Origin: a virus
Lineage: Duplodnaviria; Caudoviricetes
Direction: 5' to 3' (one strand)
IMG/VR virus record: IMGVR_UViG_3300022594_000001
DNA: 64,000 nucleotides
Positions within the stretch are counted from its first letter, which is position 1, and every line of letters starts with the position of its first letter. Below are positions 45,229 to 54,803 of the stretch, in pieces. The notes below the pieces were generated by a model. The model saw only the letters and a program-made list of their open reading frames with translations. It was not told the DNA's origin and did not search any database. The position numbers and the translations under genes were made by a program.

Positions 45229-45465
45229 ATGCAAATGACTCAAGCCTTTGATGGCAGTCTTACTCCGTTGTATCAATACTCGCCTTGCGGAAGCAGAGCA
45301 ACGTTTGATCACGATAGTGGAATGAGTTACAGATGCGATACGTGCTTCGCTGTCATAGGCAGTATAGGTCAACCACGGGAGTGTGTGGACGAAGCACAAA
45401 AGTTTGCCAACTGGGAAAAGATGGGCGGCACCGGTTGGGATTATGATAAAGGATGTGCCAAATGA
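45229..45465 (+). CDS. zinc-ribbon-like protein
   Basis: PCGSRA..YRCDTCFAV. Confidence 0.65.
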   Translation: MQMTQAFDGSLTPLYQYSPCGSRATFDHDSGMSYRCDTCFAVIGSIGQPRECVDEAQKFANWEKMGGTGWDYDKGCAK

Positions 45466-45755
45466 TTTACTTTGGATTTAATATTGCTAACCCGTGGTGC
45501 AAGCGTTGGACTAACGTTTGGAACAAACTGTATTCCACTCCACATCCGAGTAAGTGCATTGAACTCGAAGTGTTTAAGGATAATACTATTGCATCCTTTA
45601 GTTTTAGATTTGCAACACGGCAGAGTCATGCTGGGTTAACTGTTGAAGCTGGTCTGTTAGGTTATAGTTTCCTTTTCCAATTCTATGACATCCGTCATTG
45701 GAATGACGAAGCTGGTCGTTACTACATCTACAACGAAGAAGAAGGTATGCACTAA
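45462..45755 (+). CDS. hypothetical protein
   Basis: SHAG, YDIRHW. Confidence 0.7.
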   Translation: MIYFGFNIANPWCKRWTNVWNKLYSTPHPSKCIELEVFKDNTIASFSFRFATRQSHAGLTVEAGLLGYSFLFQFYDIRHWNDEAGRYYIYNEEEGMH

Positions 45756-46162
45756 TGTTTGATTGTTTAATCTTAGGTGATAGCATTGCCAAAGGCGTAA
45801 GTGATGTACGCAAGGATTGTGTTGCCTATGTACAATCGGGCATTAACAGTCCTAACTATTTAAAAAAGTTTGGCTCTAGACTGGATGATGTAGCTGCACA
45901 GGCTGTACTAATTAGTCTAGGGTCAAACGATTCTAGCAGTATTACAGAAGATGCAATTCGTAAACTACGTGAAAAGTTTGCCGACGGGCAAGTAGTCTAT
46001 TGGGTATTGCCAAACATCAAAGAGCAAGTGCGTAAGACTGTGTGGATGGTTGCTAAAGAACACGATGATGTTATAATTGATGCTCGGAACTACAATCGTA
46101 GTCCGGACACAGTACATCCTACGTACAAAGGTTACAAACAAATAAGTAAGGACTTCAAATGA
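45755..46162 (+). CDS. SGNH/GDSL hydrolase
   Basis: GDSIA, SLGSND, DTVHP. Confidence 0.8.
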   Translation: MFDCLILGDSIAKGVSDVRKDCVAYVQSGINSPNYLKKFGSRLDDVAAQAVLISLGSNDSSSITEDAIRKLREKFADGQVVYWVLPNIKEQVRKTVWMVAKEHDDVIIDARNYNRSPDTVHPTYKGYKQISKDFK

Positions 46163-46407
46163 GCGAAGAAGTTAAAGAAGATTTCTTTTTTGAGAAGGTC
46201 GAAGTGGGCATGTTTAAAATGCCTGGTATCCGTTTTGAAAAAGGACAAATCCCTACAGAACTGCACGAAGAAATGACTAAATGGTCTAAAGAAAACAAAT
46301 GCGGCTTCCCTATGAACGAGTGGCTTTGGTCATTTAAGTCAGAAGAAAAACGTGCATGGTTTATTCTACGATGGGCAGATCATATACCTAAAGTAGAGAA
46401 AGAATGA
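46159..46407 (+). CDS. FxLRW-family protein
   Basis: AWFILRWA. Confidence 0.75.
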   Translation: MSEEVKEDFFFEKVEVGMFKMPGIRFEKGQIPTELHEEMTKWSKENKCGFPMNEWLWSFKSEEKRAWFILRWADHIPKVEKE

Positions 46408-46706
46408 AACAAATAAAAACAAAGTTAAACTTAGGCCTAGAAGATAATGTAATTTTAGAAGATGAGATAGCTAAAACTCTAGGCGATGAAATAGCTAAAG
46501 AAATAGACTTTGAAATCATGTCCTCTATGGTGCTTGGGATGGGGTGGACAAAGGTTGTCTTAAAGCCTATGACATGGGAAAACGGATCACTAATCGACCT
46601 TTGGGTTGAACAGAATATTAAAGGCAAGTTCGAAACAATGGGACTTGTTTGGGTATTTGAACGTGAACAAGATGCTAACTGGTTTAAGATGCGATGGCTA
46701 GGATAA
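46404..46706 (+). CDS. FxLRW-family protein
   Basis: DLWVEQNIKG..WFKMRWL. Confidence 0.75.
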   Translation: MKQIKTKLNLGLEDNVILEDEIAKTLGDEIAKEIDFEIMSSMVLGMGWTKVVLKPMTWENGSLIDLWVEQNIKGKFETMGLVWVFEREQDANWFKMRWLG

Positions 46707-46924
46707 GCACTAGCACTGTTAAACATATCAAGCCGGCTGAATGCATGGACATAGTCAGAGAACTTAGGGCACACGGGTTAGTACAGGGTACTGACTTTGA
46801 CTTTAAATATTGCCCTGCGGAATATAATAATGATGGTTACGAAGCGGTCGAACCTAGCCGGGCAGAGTTTTACTTTTACAAAGAAAAATGGGGAACATTC
46901 TTTGCAATTAAATATGCCTGCTAA
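46694..46924 (+). CDS. FxLRW-family protein (divergent)
   Basis: TFFAIKY. Confidence 0.65.
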   Translation: MARISTSTVKHIKPAECMDIVRELRAHGLVQGTDFDFKYCPAEYNNDGYEAVEPSRAEFYFYKEKWGTFFAIKYAC

Positions 46925-47192
46925 ACAACAATGTATAGTCGTTAATAACGAAGTGTACGAGCGTAAGCGTGTACATCAGTTTAGGATGGGAGATGTTGAT
47001 GATCCAGAAATTTATTGCGCCCAACCAATTTATGATTGGCAACAAACAGAAATGGGCCAATGGGTAATGAAACACAGCATTGATCCTACATTCCATATTA
47101 TCCAAGAGCCAGTAACTTACGGTTATCTAATAAGTATTACAGCACACATTACTCCGAAAAGATGGACAGAGTTTTGTTTGCGTTTTAGTTGA
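46914..47192 (+). CDS. FxLRW-family protein (divergent)
   Basis: GQWVMKH..EFCLRF. Confidence 0.7.
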   Translation: MPAKQQCIVVNNEVYERKRVHQFRMGDVDDPEIYCAQPIYDWQQTEMGQWVMKHSIDPTFHIIQEPVTYGYLISITAHITPKRWTEFCLRFS

Positions 47193-47237
47193 CAACCGAC
47201 AATGTTGGTGTTATAATAAACACCGTAAACAAACTAC

Positions 47238-47501
47238 ATGGATTTACCTATGAATGAGAATGATCAGTTCGAATACAATAACGAAGAAGAAGCAGAAGTA
47301 GCACAAATTCGCTCGCTGCAAATGCATTTAGGCGCACTTAATAAAGTGCAAGAGAAGTTAGCTGAACAGCGCCGCTTTGAAAGCCTGTTTGAATGCATTG
47401 AATGTGGAGACCCTATTCCAGAAGCTCGCCGCCAAGTAATCAAGGGATGTACAATGTGCGTCTACTGCCAAGAGCTCCTAGAGAAGAAAGGCCTTGTGTG
47501 A
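47238..47501 (+). CDS. DksA/TraR C4 zinc-finger protein
   Basis: CIECGDPIPEARR..CTMCVYCQE. Confidence 0.85.
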   Translation: MDLPMNENDQFEYNNEEEAEVAQIRSLQMHLGALNKVQEKLAEQRRFESLFECIECGDPIPEARRQVIKGCTMCVYCQELLEKKGLV

Positions 47502-47959
47502 AAAAAACAATCTTCTACAAGAAGGTTGGGCGCAAATATGAGCCGGTGTACGAGTATGACCAAGAGCTCATGGATGCATTTCCAAAAGGTACACACCTAG
47601 TACAATGTTATCCAGGCGGCAACAGTCGTCGGTTTAACATTGATCCTGCTTATGCTCCTATGATTGCCGCAGGACGTGTTGCTGAAGATGCAATCAGTAA
47701 GGCATTGATGCGGGCAAGCGATATGCGTCCAAAGAATGCTCCCTTAACACAGGAACAAAAGGATGCTTGGGAACATTTAGTTGAAGTGTTCGGGCCTGAA
47801 GCTCGTACACTAGAGTGGCCTAGTGCTCGTGAAGCGTGTGAAGAAGCTGTTAAGGCAATGGCACAAGAAGCCGAAGCTCTACTGACAAATCCAATCGTTC
47901 GAAAAGCATACGAACGATTTTTATTAATCTGTGAACTTACAAAGGAACACAAAGTATGA
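47498..47959 (+). CDS. hypothetical protein
   Basis: GTG start, YKKVGRKYEPV, PMIAAGR. Confidence 0.75.
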   Translation: MKKTIFYKKVGRKYEPVYEYDQELMDAFPKGTHLVQCYPGGNSRRFNIDPAYAPMIAAGRVAEDAISKALMRASDMRPKNAPLTQEQKDAWEHLVEVFGPEARTLEWPSAREACEEAVKAMAQEAEALLTNPIVRKAYERFLLICELTKEHKV

Positions 47960-48222
47960 AGAAGTTTTTTGCTTTTTTAAAATGGCATTGGGATAACTGG
48001 AGTTTTGGACAGCGTGTCTACATCATTGGAGCAATGTTTGTTGGCTTTGGGCTTAAAGATTCTCTTGAAACAAACACACCAAACCTAGCAGTACAAATCG
48101 GATTTGCTATTTGGGCTACAGTTCTGTTAAAATGGTTTTTCTGGGATTCGTTTGCAAACTCTTGGAAACGATTCGAACAAGAGCGTAGAGATTTATTTAA
48201 AACTATTGACGAAGGCAAGTAA
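47956..48222 (+). CDS. small membrane protein
   Basis: Two hydrophobic segments. Confidence 0.7.
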   Translation: MKKFFAFLKWHWDNWSFGQRVYIIGAMFVGFGLKDSLETNTPNLAVQIGFAIWATVLLKWFFWDSFANSWKRFEQERRDLFKTIDEGK

Positions 48223-48485
48223 TGACTGATAAAAAAGAAATTAAAATTAGTTTTGCTCCGGGTGCATTTGATAACTTTGAAGGCACACAAGAAGAGCTTG
48301 ACGAACTAGTTAACGAAATACAAAACATGTTTGTTGGCAAAACTCCAGAAGAACTCGAAGCAATGAGCCGTCCTCTAAGTGACGAGGACTTTGAAGATTT
48401 GCCAGACGAGGTTAAGGAACAACTTCTTCGTAGCCACATTGATGACGATGATCTCTCAGACGAATTTAAGCGGAGACTGCAATGA
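48222..48485 (+). CDS. small acidic protein
   Basis: FAPGAFDNFEGTQEELDEL. Confidence 0.8.
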   Translation: MTDKKEIKISFAPGAFDNFEGTQEELDELVNEIQNMFVGKTPEELEAMSRPLSDEDFEDLPDEVKEQLLRSHIDDDDLSDEFKRRLQ

Positions 48486-48802
48486 AATGGCTAGACAAGT
48501 GGTTATATGGCAAAGTTCGAGACATGTGGGATAACCGCCACAAGTATGAAGCAGAGAAAGATTATCAAGAATCGAGGGCAATAAAAATGATGGCTGGAGC
48601 ACAAGTATTAAGCAAAGCAAACCCAGAAGGTGAGGATCGAATCAGTTTTGATTTAAGCACCGCAGTTGGCGGCAAGATTCTTAATGTACGTAGATATGAT
48701 GCACGTAAAGATCACCACGAAACTACGACCTATGTTATTCCAAACGGTGAAGATTTATCCGAAAGAATGGTGAAAATTTTGAACTTGGAAATGTTTAAAT
48801 AA
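48482..48802 (+). CDS. hypothetical protein
   Basis: AVGGKILNV..YVIPNG. Confidence 0.8.
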   Translation: MKWLDKWLYGKVRDMWDNRHKYEAEKDYQESRAIKMMAGAQVLSKANPEGEDRISFDLSTAVGGKILNVRRYDARKDHHETTTYVIPNGEDLSERMVKILNLEMFK

Positions 48803-48824
48803 ACGATCCACAGGGAGATTTCAT

Positions 48825-49178
48825 ATGGAAGATGTTATTGGATATCTTGTTGTAGTATTCTTTGCATTTTGGTTAGGATGGAAACTTAGAGGCACAATTA
48901 TGATGGCCGCAATGAGCGACGATCCTGAAAAGATTATCAAAATGCTAGAAGAAATTAAAGCTATTAATAAGAATGAAAAGATTTCGGTTTCGCCAAACTC
49001 AATCGAGGTTGAGCCGGAACACGTAGGTGCCACTTGGTATGCCTACGCAAAAGAAACTGGACAGTTCTTAGGACAAGGTTCCACACTTGAAGATGCACTT
49101 AAATCTGCTAGTCTTCGTTTCCCAAACAAAACATTTTGGTGTGAAACGTTAGAAAGCAATTTAACCAAAGGCTCTTGA
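48825..49178 (+). CDS. membrane-anchored hypothetical protein
   Basis: N-terminal TM, GQFLGQG. Confidence 0.75.
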   Translation: MEDVIGYLVVVFFAFWLGWKLRGTIMMAAMSDDPEKIIKMLEEIKAINKNEKISVSPNSIEVEPEHVGATWYAYAKETGQFLGQGSTLEDALKSASLRFPNKTFWCETLESNLTKGS

Positions 49179-49262
49179 CTATTACTACAAAATAGTAATA
49201 TAATTGAGACATGCTGATACGCAAAAGTCAGCTATTTTTTTAAACTAAAAGGAAAAGGCAAA

Positions 49263-49535
49263 ATGAAATTCATTTCTAAAGAAACTAAAACTTATAAATT
49301 GTTTGACGCTTTGTACAAAGGCGAGAAAGTTACTGCAAGCCAAGCAGAAAAGCGTTTTGGCATTAAAAACATTAGTGCAGAAGCAACACGCATTCGTAAC
49401 AGCGGCTACGCAGTTTACGCAAAGCAGCGTAAGGCTAGCAACGGCATTACTGTTACAGAATACGAATTGGGCAAGCCAAGCCGTAAGATTGTAGCATTGG
49501 GCTACAAAGCAGAGCGTATGGGTATCACTCTTTAA
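49263..49535 (+). CDS. small basic winged-HTH-like protein
   Basis: VTASQAEKRFGIKNISAEATRIRNSGY; own promoter and terminator. Confidence 0.65.
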   Translation: MKFISKETKTYKLFDALYKGEKVTASQAEKRFGIKNISAEATRIRNSGYAVYAKQRKASNGITVTEYELGKPSRKIVALGYKAERMGITL

Positions 49536-49552
49536 TTAGAGACTTCGCTCAC

Positions 49553-49579
49553 AAAAGCTCGCTTCGGCGGGCTTTTTTT
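49553..49579 (+). terminator. terminator
   Basis: AAAAGCTCGC-TTCG-GCGGGCTTTT then T tract. Confidence 0.85.
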
Positions 49580-49590
49580 ATAACTACAGT

Positions 49591-49872
49591 ATGATCAAAG
49601 ATACAATTAACTGGATTAAACAAGACTACAACGAATACCCAATAAGATTCTGTTTAGAACTATTGGCTTGGTTCATGAGTATTAGTTGTACAATATGGAT
49701 GGGATATACATTACCAAGCCCTCCATTTATATTTTTATACCCATTGTTCATTATACAGTGTTGTATATTTGCATGGGCAGCTTGGACTAGGGGTAGTACA
49801 GGCATGATTGCTAACTACATGCTAATCTCAAGCATTGATCTTGTAGCATACACTAGGATGATATTAAATTGA
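49591..49872 (+). CDS. small membrane protein
   Basis: Three TM segments; TATAACTA 4 nt before ATG. Confidence 0.75.
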   Translation: MIKDTINWIKQDYNEYPIRFCLELLAWFMSISCTIWMGYTLPSPPFIFLYPLFIIQCCIFAWAAWTRGSTGMIANYMLISSIDLVAYTRMILN

Positions 49873-50057
49873 AATATATTGTAGACACAACTCCATACGT
49901 TGGTGCAAAGTACCAAGCAATGGAAAGAACATTTGAAATTACAGCATTACCATTAGTTGAGGGCAACCAATGGGTTGAGTATTTTAACGAGAATACTAAA
50001 CAAACATATAGCTGTCGACTAGAAGCATTTTTGGCAAGATTTAATATGATGCCATAA
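49869..50057 (+). CDS. hypothetical protein
   Basis: YSCRLEAFLARF. Confidence 0.6.
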   Translation: MKYIVDTTPYVGAKYQAMERTFEITALPLVEGNQWVEYFNENTKQTYSCRLEAFLARFNMMP

Positions 50058-50172
50058 CCAATTGTGTTGTAAAATAGCTACAAATATTTTACAATTACAT
50101 TAGTGCGCTGAAAGGGGTCCGGTAAGCATTGCACACAAATGCCGCATAAAGAACGGCGATAGGAAATTAGAT

Positions 50173-51375
50173 ATGTTATTAACACTTAACAGTGTCGCTA
50201 CGACACAGAAAGTACAACCACAAGTACAAAAAGCGTGGAATCAAAAAACAGCAACTAAAGCATTTTTAGCACCATATGCAACAAAGTTTGATATGGAGGC
50301 CGAAGCAATAGATTTGCGAACAATGGCTAATAATTACAATCACGGTATTATTCCATTAGAAGATATTCATCAAGCAATCCAAGCAGTATTAGGGCCACAG
50401 TCAAATCCTAACCTACACACTGCATACGATCCAACAAGCGGAACAAGCTATAGTCCCAAGTTTGGTTATGTTAAATGGAGTCAATTATTTTTATACTCAA
50501 TCTTCCAACGTGATGTTGCACCAAAGCATTGCAACAAATTAAAGAGGGATTGGGATCACACCGCAGTTCTTATTCCGTGTGCTATTAAGTTTACACTAGA
50601 AGGCAAAGAATACTACTGCATCTGGGACGGACATCACACTTTACAAACTGCACGTCTAATGAACTATGTTGAGTTCCCAGTATGGTACATTGACATTGAC
50701 GAGATTCCTTCGTCTGTTATTACCGCAGCACAGTTTGCAGATACAGAAGAAGGACGCATCAAATACGGTTGCTGGCTAGCTGGCAAGAACATGATTCGTA
50801 TTAATGCTACAAACAAACGCCCATTAGAACACTACGATCGTTACATGATTCTTCTTGAAACAGAAGACGCAAAGACAATGGCAATGGATCGTATTATCAA
50901 ATCTACAAACTGTGTAGCTAAACGTAAAGCAAAGACAGCAGGCTCGTGGACACAGATTAATGCAGGTGAAGAGTGTTATGATCTTACGCTTGGTAATGGA
51001 CTACCTAGTCATGGTGTGTTCTGGCAACATGCTTTAGAGTTCCATCGCAGAGTATGGCCAATGAGCGCACTAATCTTAGAAGTATATCGTCCTCTAAGTT
51101 ATTTGTATCAAGCATTTAATATCGGCAACTATCCTATTGATGCACAATTCGATACGGAGCTCGAACAAATACTTGTAACCAAGTATGGCGATGCAGACTC
51201 TGTACAGCAACAAATTAAAGCCAGCTATGAACACGCAGTTCTTAATAACCTAGGTCGTGGCCCTTTGTTAAAGAATGATAGAGAGATTGTCTACAACGGA
51301 TTGATTAATTTGTACAATCAAAACTGTGGAAGAATCGTTGCTATTCCTCCTGCTGATTATGTGTGGAGTGTGTAA
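50173..51375 (+). CDS. ParB/Srx-like domain protein
   Basis: FQRD..IWDGHHT. Confidence 0.6.
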   Translation: MLLTLNSVATTQKVQPQVQKAWNQKTATKAFLAPYATKFDMEAEAIDLRTMANNYNHGIIPLEDIHQAIQAVLGPQSNPNLHTAYDPTSGTSYSPKFGYVKWSQLFLYSIFQRDVAPKHCNKLKRDWDHTAVLIPCAIKFTLEGKEYYCIWDGHHTLQTARLMNYVEFPVWYIDIDEIPSSVITAAQFADTEEGRIKYGCWLAGKNMIRINATNKRPLEHYDRYMILLETEDAKTMAMDRIIKSTNCVAKRKAKTAGSWTQINAGEECYDLTLGNGLPSHGVFWQHALEFHRRVWPMSALILEVYRPLSYLYQAFNIGNYPIDAQFDTELEQILVTKYGDADSVQQQIKASYEHAVLNNLGRGPLLKNDREIVYNGLINLYNQNCGRIVAIPPADYVWSV

Positions 51376-51773
51376 TGGCTAAGAAATGGTTTTATGTTAT
51401 TCAAGATCCGTTTGGGCGTAATGACTTTAAAATTGGTATCACTGCTAATCCTAGAGTTCGTTTAGCAGCATATCAAAATGCAATGAGCTCTAGAAGCTAT
51501 GTAGCTAGGTTTACTAGAGTCTGGGAAGGCAATGGCGATCATATTGATAAGCTAGAAGCATATCTTAAAAACACGTTCAACTGGGATATCGAATTTGACA
51601 AAGCTGGGCACAGCGAATGGATCTCAGATACAACACTTGACACTATTGTAAGTGAAGTTGAAAAAACAATAGCAGGCATGCGTTTTCATATTAAACCGCT
51701 TGAAAGCCAAATGCCTGTACTAATCAGCGATCTCGATGCTATACTCGGCGAGCAATACGGGTCATTAAAATAA
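51375..51773 (+). CDS. T5orf172/GIY-YIG-like nuclease
   Basis: FYVIQ..KIGIT.NP..RL..YQ. Confidence 0.7.
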   Translation: MAKKWFYVIQDPFGRNDFKIGITANPRVRLAAYQNAMSSRSYVARFTRVWEGNGDHIDKLEAYLKNTFNWDIEFDKAGHSEWISDTTLDTIVSEVEKTIAGMRFHIKPLESQMPVLISDLDAILGEQYGSLK

Positions 51774-51782
51774 GGAAACGAT

Positions 51783-52376
51783 ATGAGTCATCAAAATATT
51801 AATAAAGCCAAAAGAAAGTTAGTCGGTATGATTGTTCCTAAACAAGAGTACGGTAACATTGGTAAGATTGTTGAAGAAGTATTTGAAGAGTGCGGTAATA
51901 CTCTCAACAAGGGCAAAGGACCCGATCTCGGAAATAGGGAAATTAAAACTCGAGGTGTTGATGCAACTAGCCCGCACACTGCTGGCAAGATGAGCAAATC
52001 TAAGATCATAAGCACACCTTATGAAAATTCTCATATTAAAGAAAAGTTGCAACATCAAGTTCGCGTATATCATCAAGAAAATAAATTTACTGGTGACAAT
52101 ATCATTGTTAGAGTAAATGAAGTTGATTTGACTGATCCACAAATACAAGCAGAAGCTAAAGACTCATATGAACATGGTCGCAAAATTATTGCCGACTATG
52201 TAAAACGAGGTATTGAACCTCCTAAGTATATTCCACCCGAAGGAAGAGCGTTTTATTGGGAACGGACTAGAAAAGGGCAGTCTTGGGAATTTAGAACATC
52301 GGATGCTAACATGAAGCGTTATGAAACTATTTCACAAGTAAATGATAATCCTTGTTTTGAACTAATAGCAGTTTAA
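51783..52376 (+). CDS. PD-(D/E)xK restriction-endonuclease-like protein
   Basis: GNIGKIVE..GPDL..REIKTR. Confidence 0.6.
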   Translation: MSHQNINKAKRKLVGMIVPKQEYGNIGKIVEEVFEECGNTLNKGKGPDLGNREIKTRGVDATSPHTAGKMSKSKIISTPYENSHIKEKLQHQVRVYHQENKFTGDNIIVRVNEVDLTDPQIQAEAKDSYEHGRKIIADYVKRGIEPPKYIPPEGRAFYWERTRKGQSWEFRTSDANMKRYETISQVNDNPCFELIAV

Positions 52377-52380
52377 TAGT

Positions 52381-52402
52381 AAACCCCCTTAGTTGGGGGT
52401 TT
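52381..52402 (+). terminator. terminator-like hairpin
   Basis: AAACCCCC-TTAGTT-GGGGGTTT. Confidence 0.65.
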
Positions 52403-52466
52403 CTCTTGACAAAAATATCGTTTGATGTTACAATATAAAAATAGTAAAACTCATTGAAGGAACAGG

Positions 52467-53021
52467 ATGGCTAAAGTAAATCGCACTAAGTGGTATAAGT
52501 TTGTTGGCGATGTATATGAATTGTACGAGCAGGATCGTAATGCTCCTCCTAGCGAACGTACCCATACTGATTGTGGCTGGCGTCTACGCAGTTACAAATA
52601 TGGCGGCAATTCTACTGCTTCTTTTAAAGGCCCGTTAGTAGAATCGTTAGAACAGCGTCCTTGCCCTTTAAAATCGGGACAACCTGGCATTTACATTTTG
52701 CGTGATAGTATTTTCCCAAATGGCTTTTATATCGGTAAAGGTAAAGACATTAGTGATCGCATTTGGAAGCACGGTGTTAAACTTGATGGCACTGACAAGT
52801 GGAACAAGGGTGTTGGTACTACAGAATACTTTGCCAAGTATCGAAAACTTCGTTTGGAAAAAGGACTTACTAACTTTGACGATGTTGAAATTGCATTTTG
52901 GTTTACAGAAGAGTTTGATGCGTTAGAAGATCAGTTGATGGGTGCATACGAAGCAAAGTATGGCATGATTCCATTTTGCAATAGCACCGAAGAAAGCCTG
53001 TTCCAAGTATGGGATATCTAA
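52467..53021 (+). CDS. GIY-YIG nuclease
   Basis: GIY..FYIG..RIWKH; TTGACA-17-TACAAT upstream. Confidence 0.8.
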   Translation: MAKVNRTKWYKFVGDVYELYEQDRNAPPSERTHTDCGWRLRSYKYGGNSTASFKGPLVESLEQRPCPLKSGQPGIYILRDSIFPNGFYIGKGKDISDRIWKHGVKLDGTDKWNKGVGTTEYFAKYRKLRLEKGLTNFDDVEIAFWFTEEFDALEDQLMGAYEAKYGMIPFCNSTEESLFQVWDI

Positions 53022-53079
53022 GGCCACTTTTGCCTGTCTTTTTAATCGGAGACCATAAGTATAATACAAGGAGATTAAC

Positions 53080-53988
53080 ATGACCGTACAGGCACAAACT
53101 CAAAAAATATTAATTACAAACAAAATAGGCAGACAGATGTGGGTGTGGGATAGCGATAGCTTTTACACTCAACGACTACAGGCAGGCCCGTATCAAAAGC
53201 AAAACTTGATACATTTAAGAGAATTATGTCCTAGTCCAAGAAAGATGCTAGACATCGGTATGAACATCGGTATGAACACTTGGGAATACGCTACGTTTGC
53301 TCAAGAGGTGCATAGCTTTGAACCAGTACCTGCAACTTATCAAGTAGCACTAGACAACATTGCTCTTAATCAAAATCATCAAGATCCTAAATTAGGTTGG
53401 TGGAAGAACCCGGATGGAACTTGGGCTAGTCTAGCTCTTACAGGAAAAATACAAACTTATAATGTAGCATTGGGTCCAACGCCCGGTACTGTAGAAATGC
53501 ACATTAAAAAGAATGACGGGCACAATCGTGTGTCGAACGATGGCTACACTACTCCTACAGGTAAGACTGTTAAAACTAATACAGGCTATCAACGAGTAAG
53601 TGTTCCACAACATACACTAGACAGCTACAACTTTACAGATGTGGACATTATTAAGATTGACGTAGAAGGCTACGAGCTTAACGTGTTAGAAGGCGCAAGC
53701 AACACTATTGCTACTAATCGTCCAGTTGTACAAGTAGAGTGTGTAGAAACACAACCTAGAGCATTTGGCAAAACAATACAAGATTTATTTGATTATTTCA
53801 ATAGTCGCAACTATGTAATTACAACTGCCGACGGAGTTGTACGTGGACCTAAGTGGTGCTATGTTAAGAAGATGATGGATCGATTTATGATTCCAGCAGA
53901 GCGTACAGACTTATATGATCCTAACAAAGTTGCAGTAGACGACAGCGAGATAGTACTCAATCCAGATTTATTTGAAGTAGAAGAATGA
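53080..53988 (+). CDS. FkbM-family methyltransferase
   Basis: LDIGMNIG, FEP, IKIDVEGYE. Confidence 0.85.
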   Translation: MTVQAQTQKILITNKIGRQMWVWDSDSFYTQRLQAGPYQKQNLIHLRELCPSPRKMLDIGMNIGMNTWEYATFAQEVHSFEPVPATYQVALDNIALNQNHQDPKLGWWKNPDGTWASLALTGKIQTYNVALGPTPGTVEMHIKKNDGHNRVSNDGYTTPTGKTVKTNTGYQRVSVPQHTLDSYNFTDVDIIKIDVEGYELNVLEGASNTIATNRPVVQVECVETQPRAFGKTIQDLFDYFNSRNYVITTADGVVRGPKWCYVKKMMDRFMIPAERTDLYDPNKVAVDDSEIVLNPDLFEVEE

Positions 53989-54803
53989 AAATTTTAATTA
54001 CTGGCCATGAAGGATTTATTGGCCGGAATATGCTTGCTTGGTGCAATCAAGAAGAAGAATGGGAAGTCGATGGATGGGAGTGGGATCCTAACGACTTTCC
54101 TGATGTAAGCTCTTACGATTGGGTTATACACTTAGGTGCCATAGCTGATATGACATGCACCGACGTTGAAGCTATTCTAAAACAAAACTTAGAGTTTAGT
54201 CAAAGATTGTTTAACGAATGTAATCGCTATGGTGTTAACTTGCAATATGCAAGTAGCAGCTCAGTCTATGGCGATACTAAAGACTTTAGTGAATTTGCAC
54301 CCTGTCATCCACAAACTCCTTATTCTTGGAGTAAGTTTTTATTCGACCGCTGGGTGTTTCAACAACCGCAGCATGTTATGGTACAAGGATTCCGTTACTT
54401 TAATGTATACGGCAAGTATATGCATCTACGAGGTAAACGTGCTAATGCTATTCACAAGTGGAGAGAGCAAGCACGTAAGGAAGGTAAAATTACTGTATGG
54501 GATAATGCAGAGTTCATTAAGCGTGACTGGACCTGGGTAGGAGACGTATGCAAGTTACATATAGATTTTATCAAGACAGTTAATGGATCGGGCATATGGA
54601 ATGTAGGTAGCGGGCTACCGCATAGCTTCTTAGATATTGCAGAAGAAATAGCAGAACAAGAAGGTGTAGAATTAGAGTTTGAACCTGTGCCACAAGCAGA
54701 GTTAAGTCGTTTTAGACACAAGACTTGTGCAGACTTAACACACCTTAAAGAAACAATTGGCAAGCGCCAATGGTTAAATGTATTTGAATGGCTTAATCAA
54801 TGA
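53985..54803 (+). CDS. hldD: ADP-L-glycero-D-manno-heptose 6-epimerase-like
   Basis: GHEGFIG, YASSSSVYG, YSWSK, GFRYFNVYG, RDWTWV. Confidence 0.75.
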   Translation: MKILITGHEGFIGRNMLAWCNQEEEWEVDGWEWDPNDFPDVSSYDWVIHLGAIADMTCTDVEAILKQNLEFSQRLFNECNRYGVNLQYASSSSVYGDTKDFSEFAPCHPQTPYSWSKFLFDRWVFQQPQHVMVQGFRYFNVYGKYMHLRGKRANAIHKWREQARKEGKITVWDNAEFIKRDWTWVGDVCKLHIDFIKTVNGSGIWNVGSGLPHSFLDIAEEIAEQEGVELEFEPVPQAELSRFRHKTCADLTHLKETIGKRQWLNVFEWLNQ

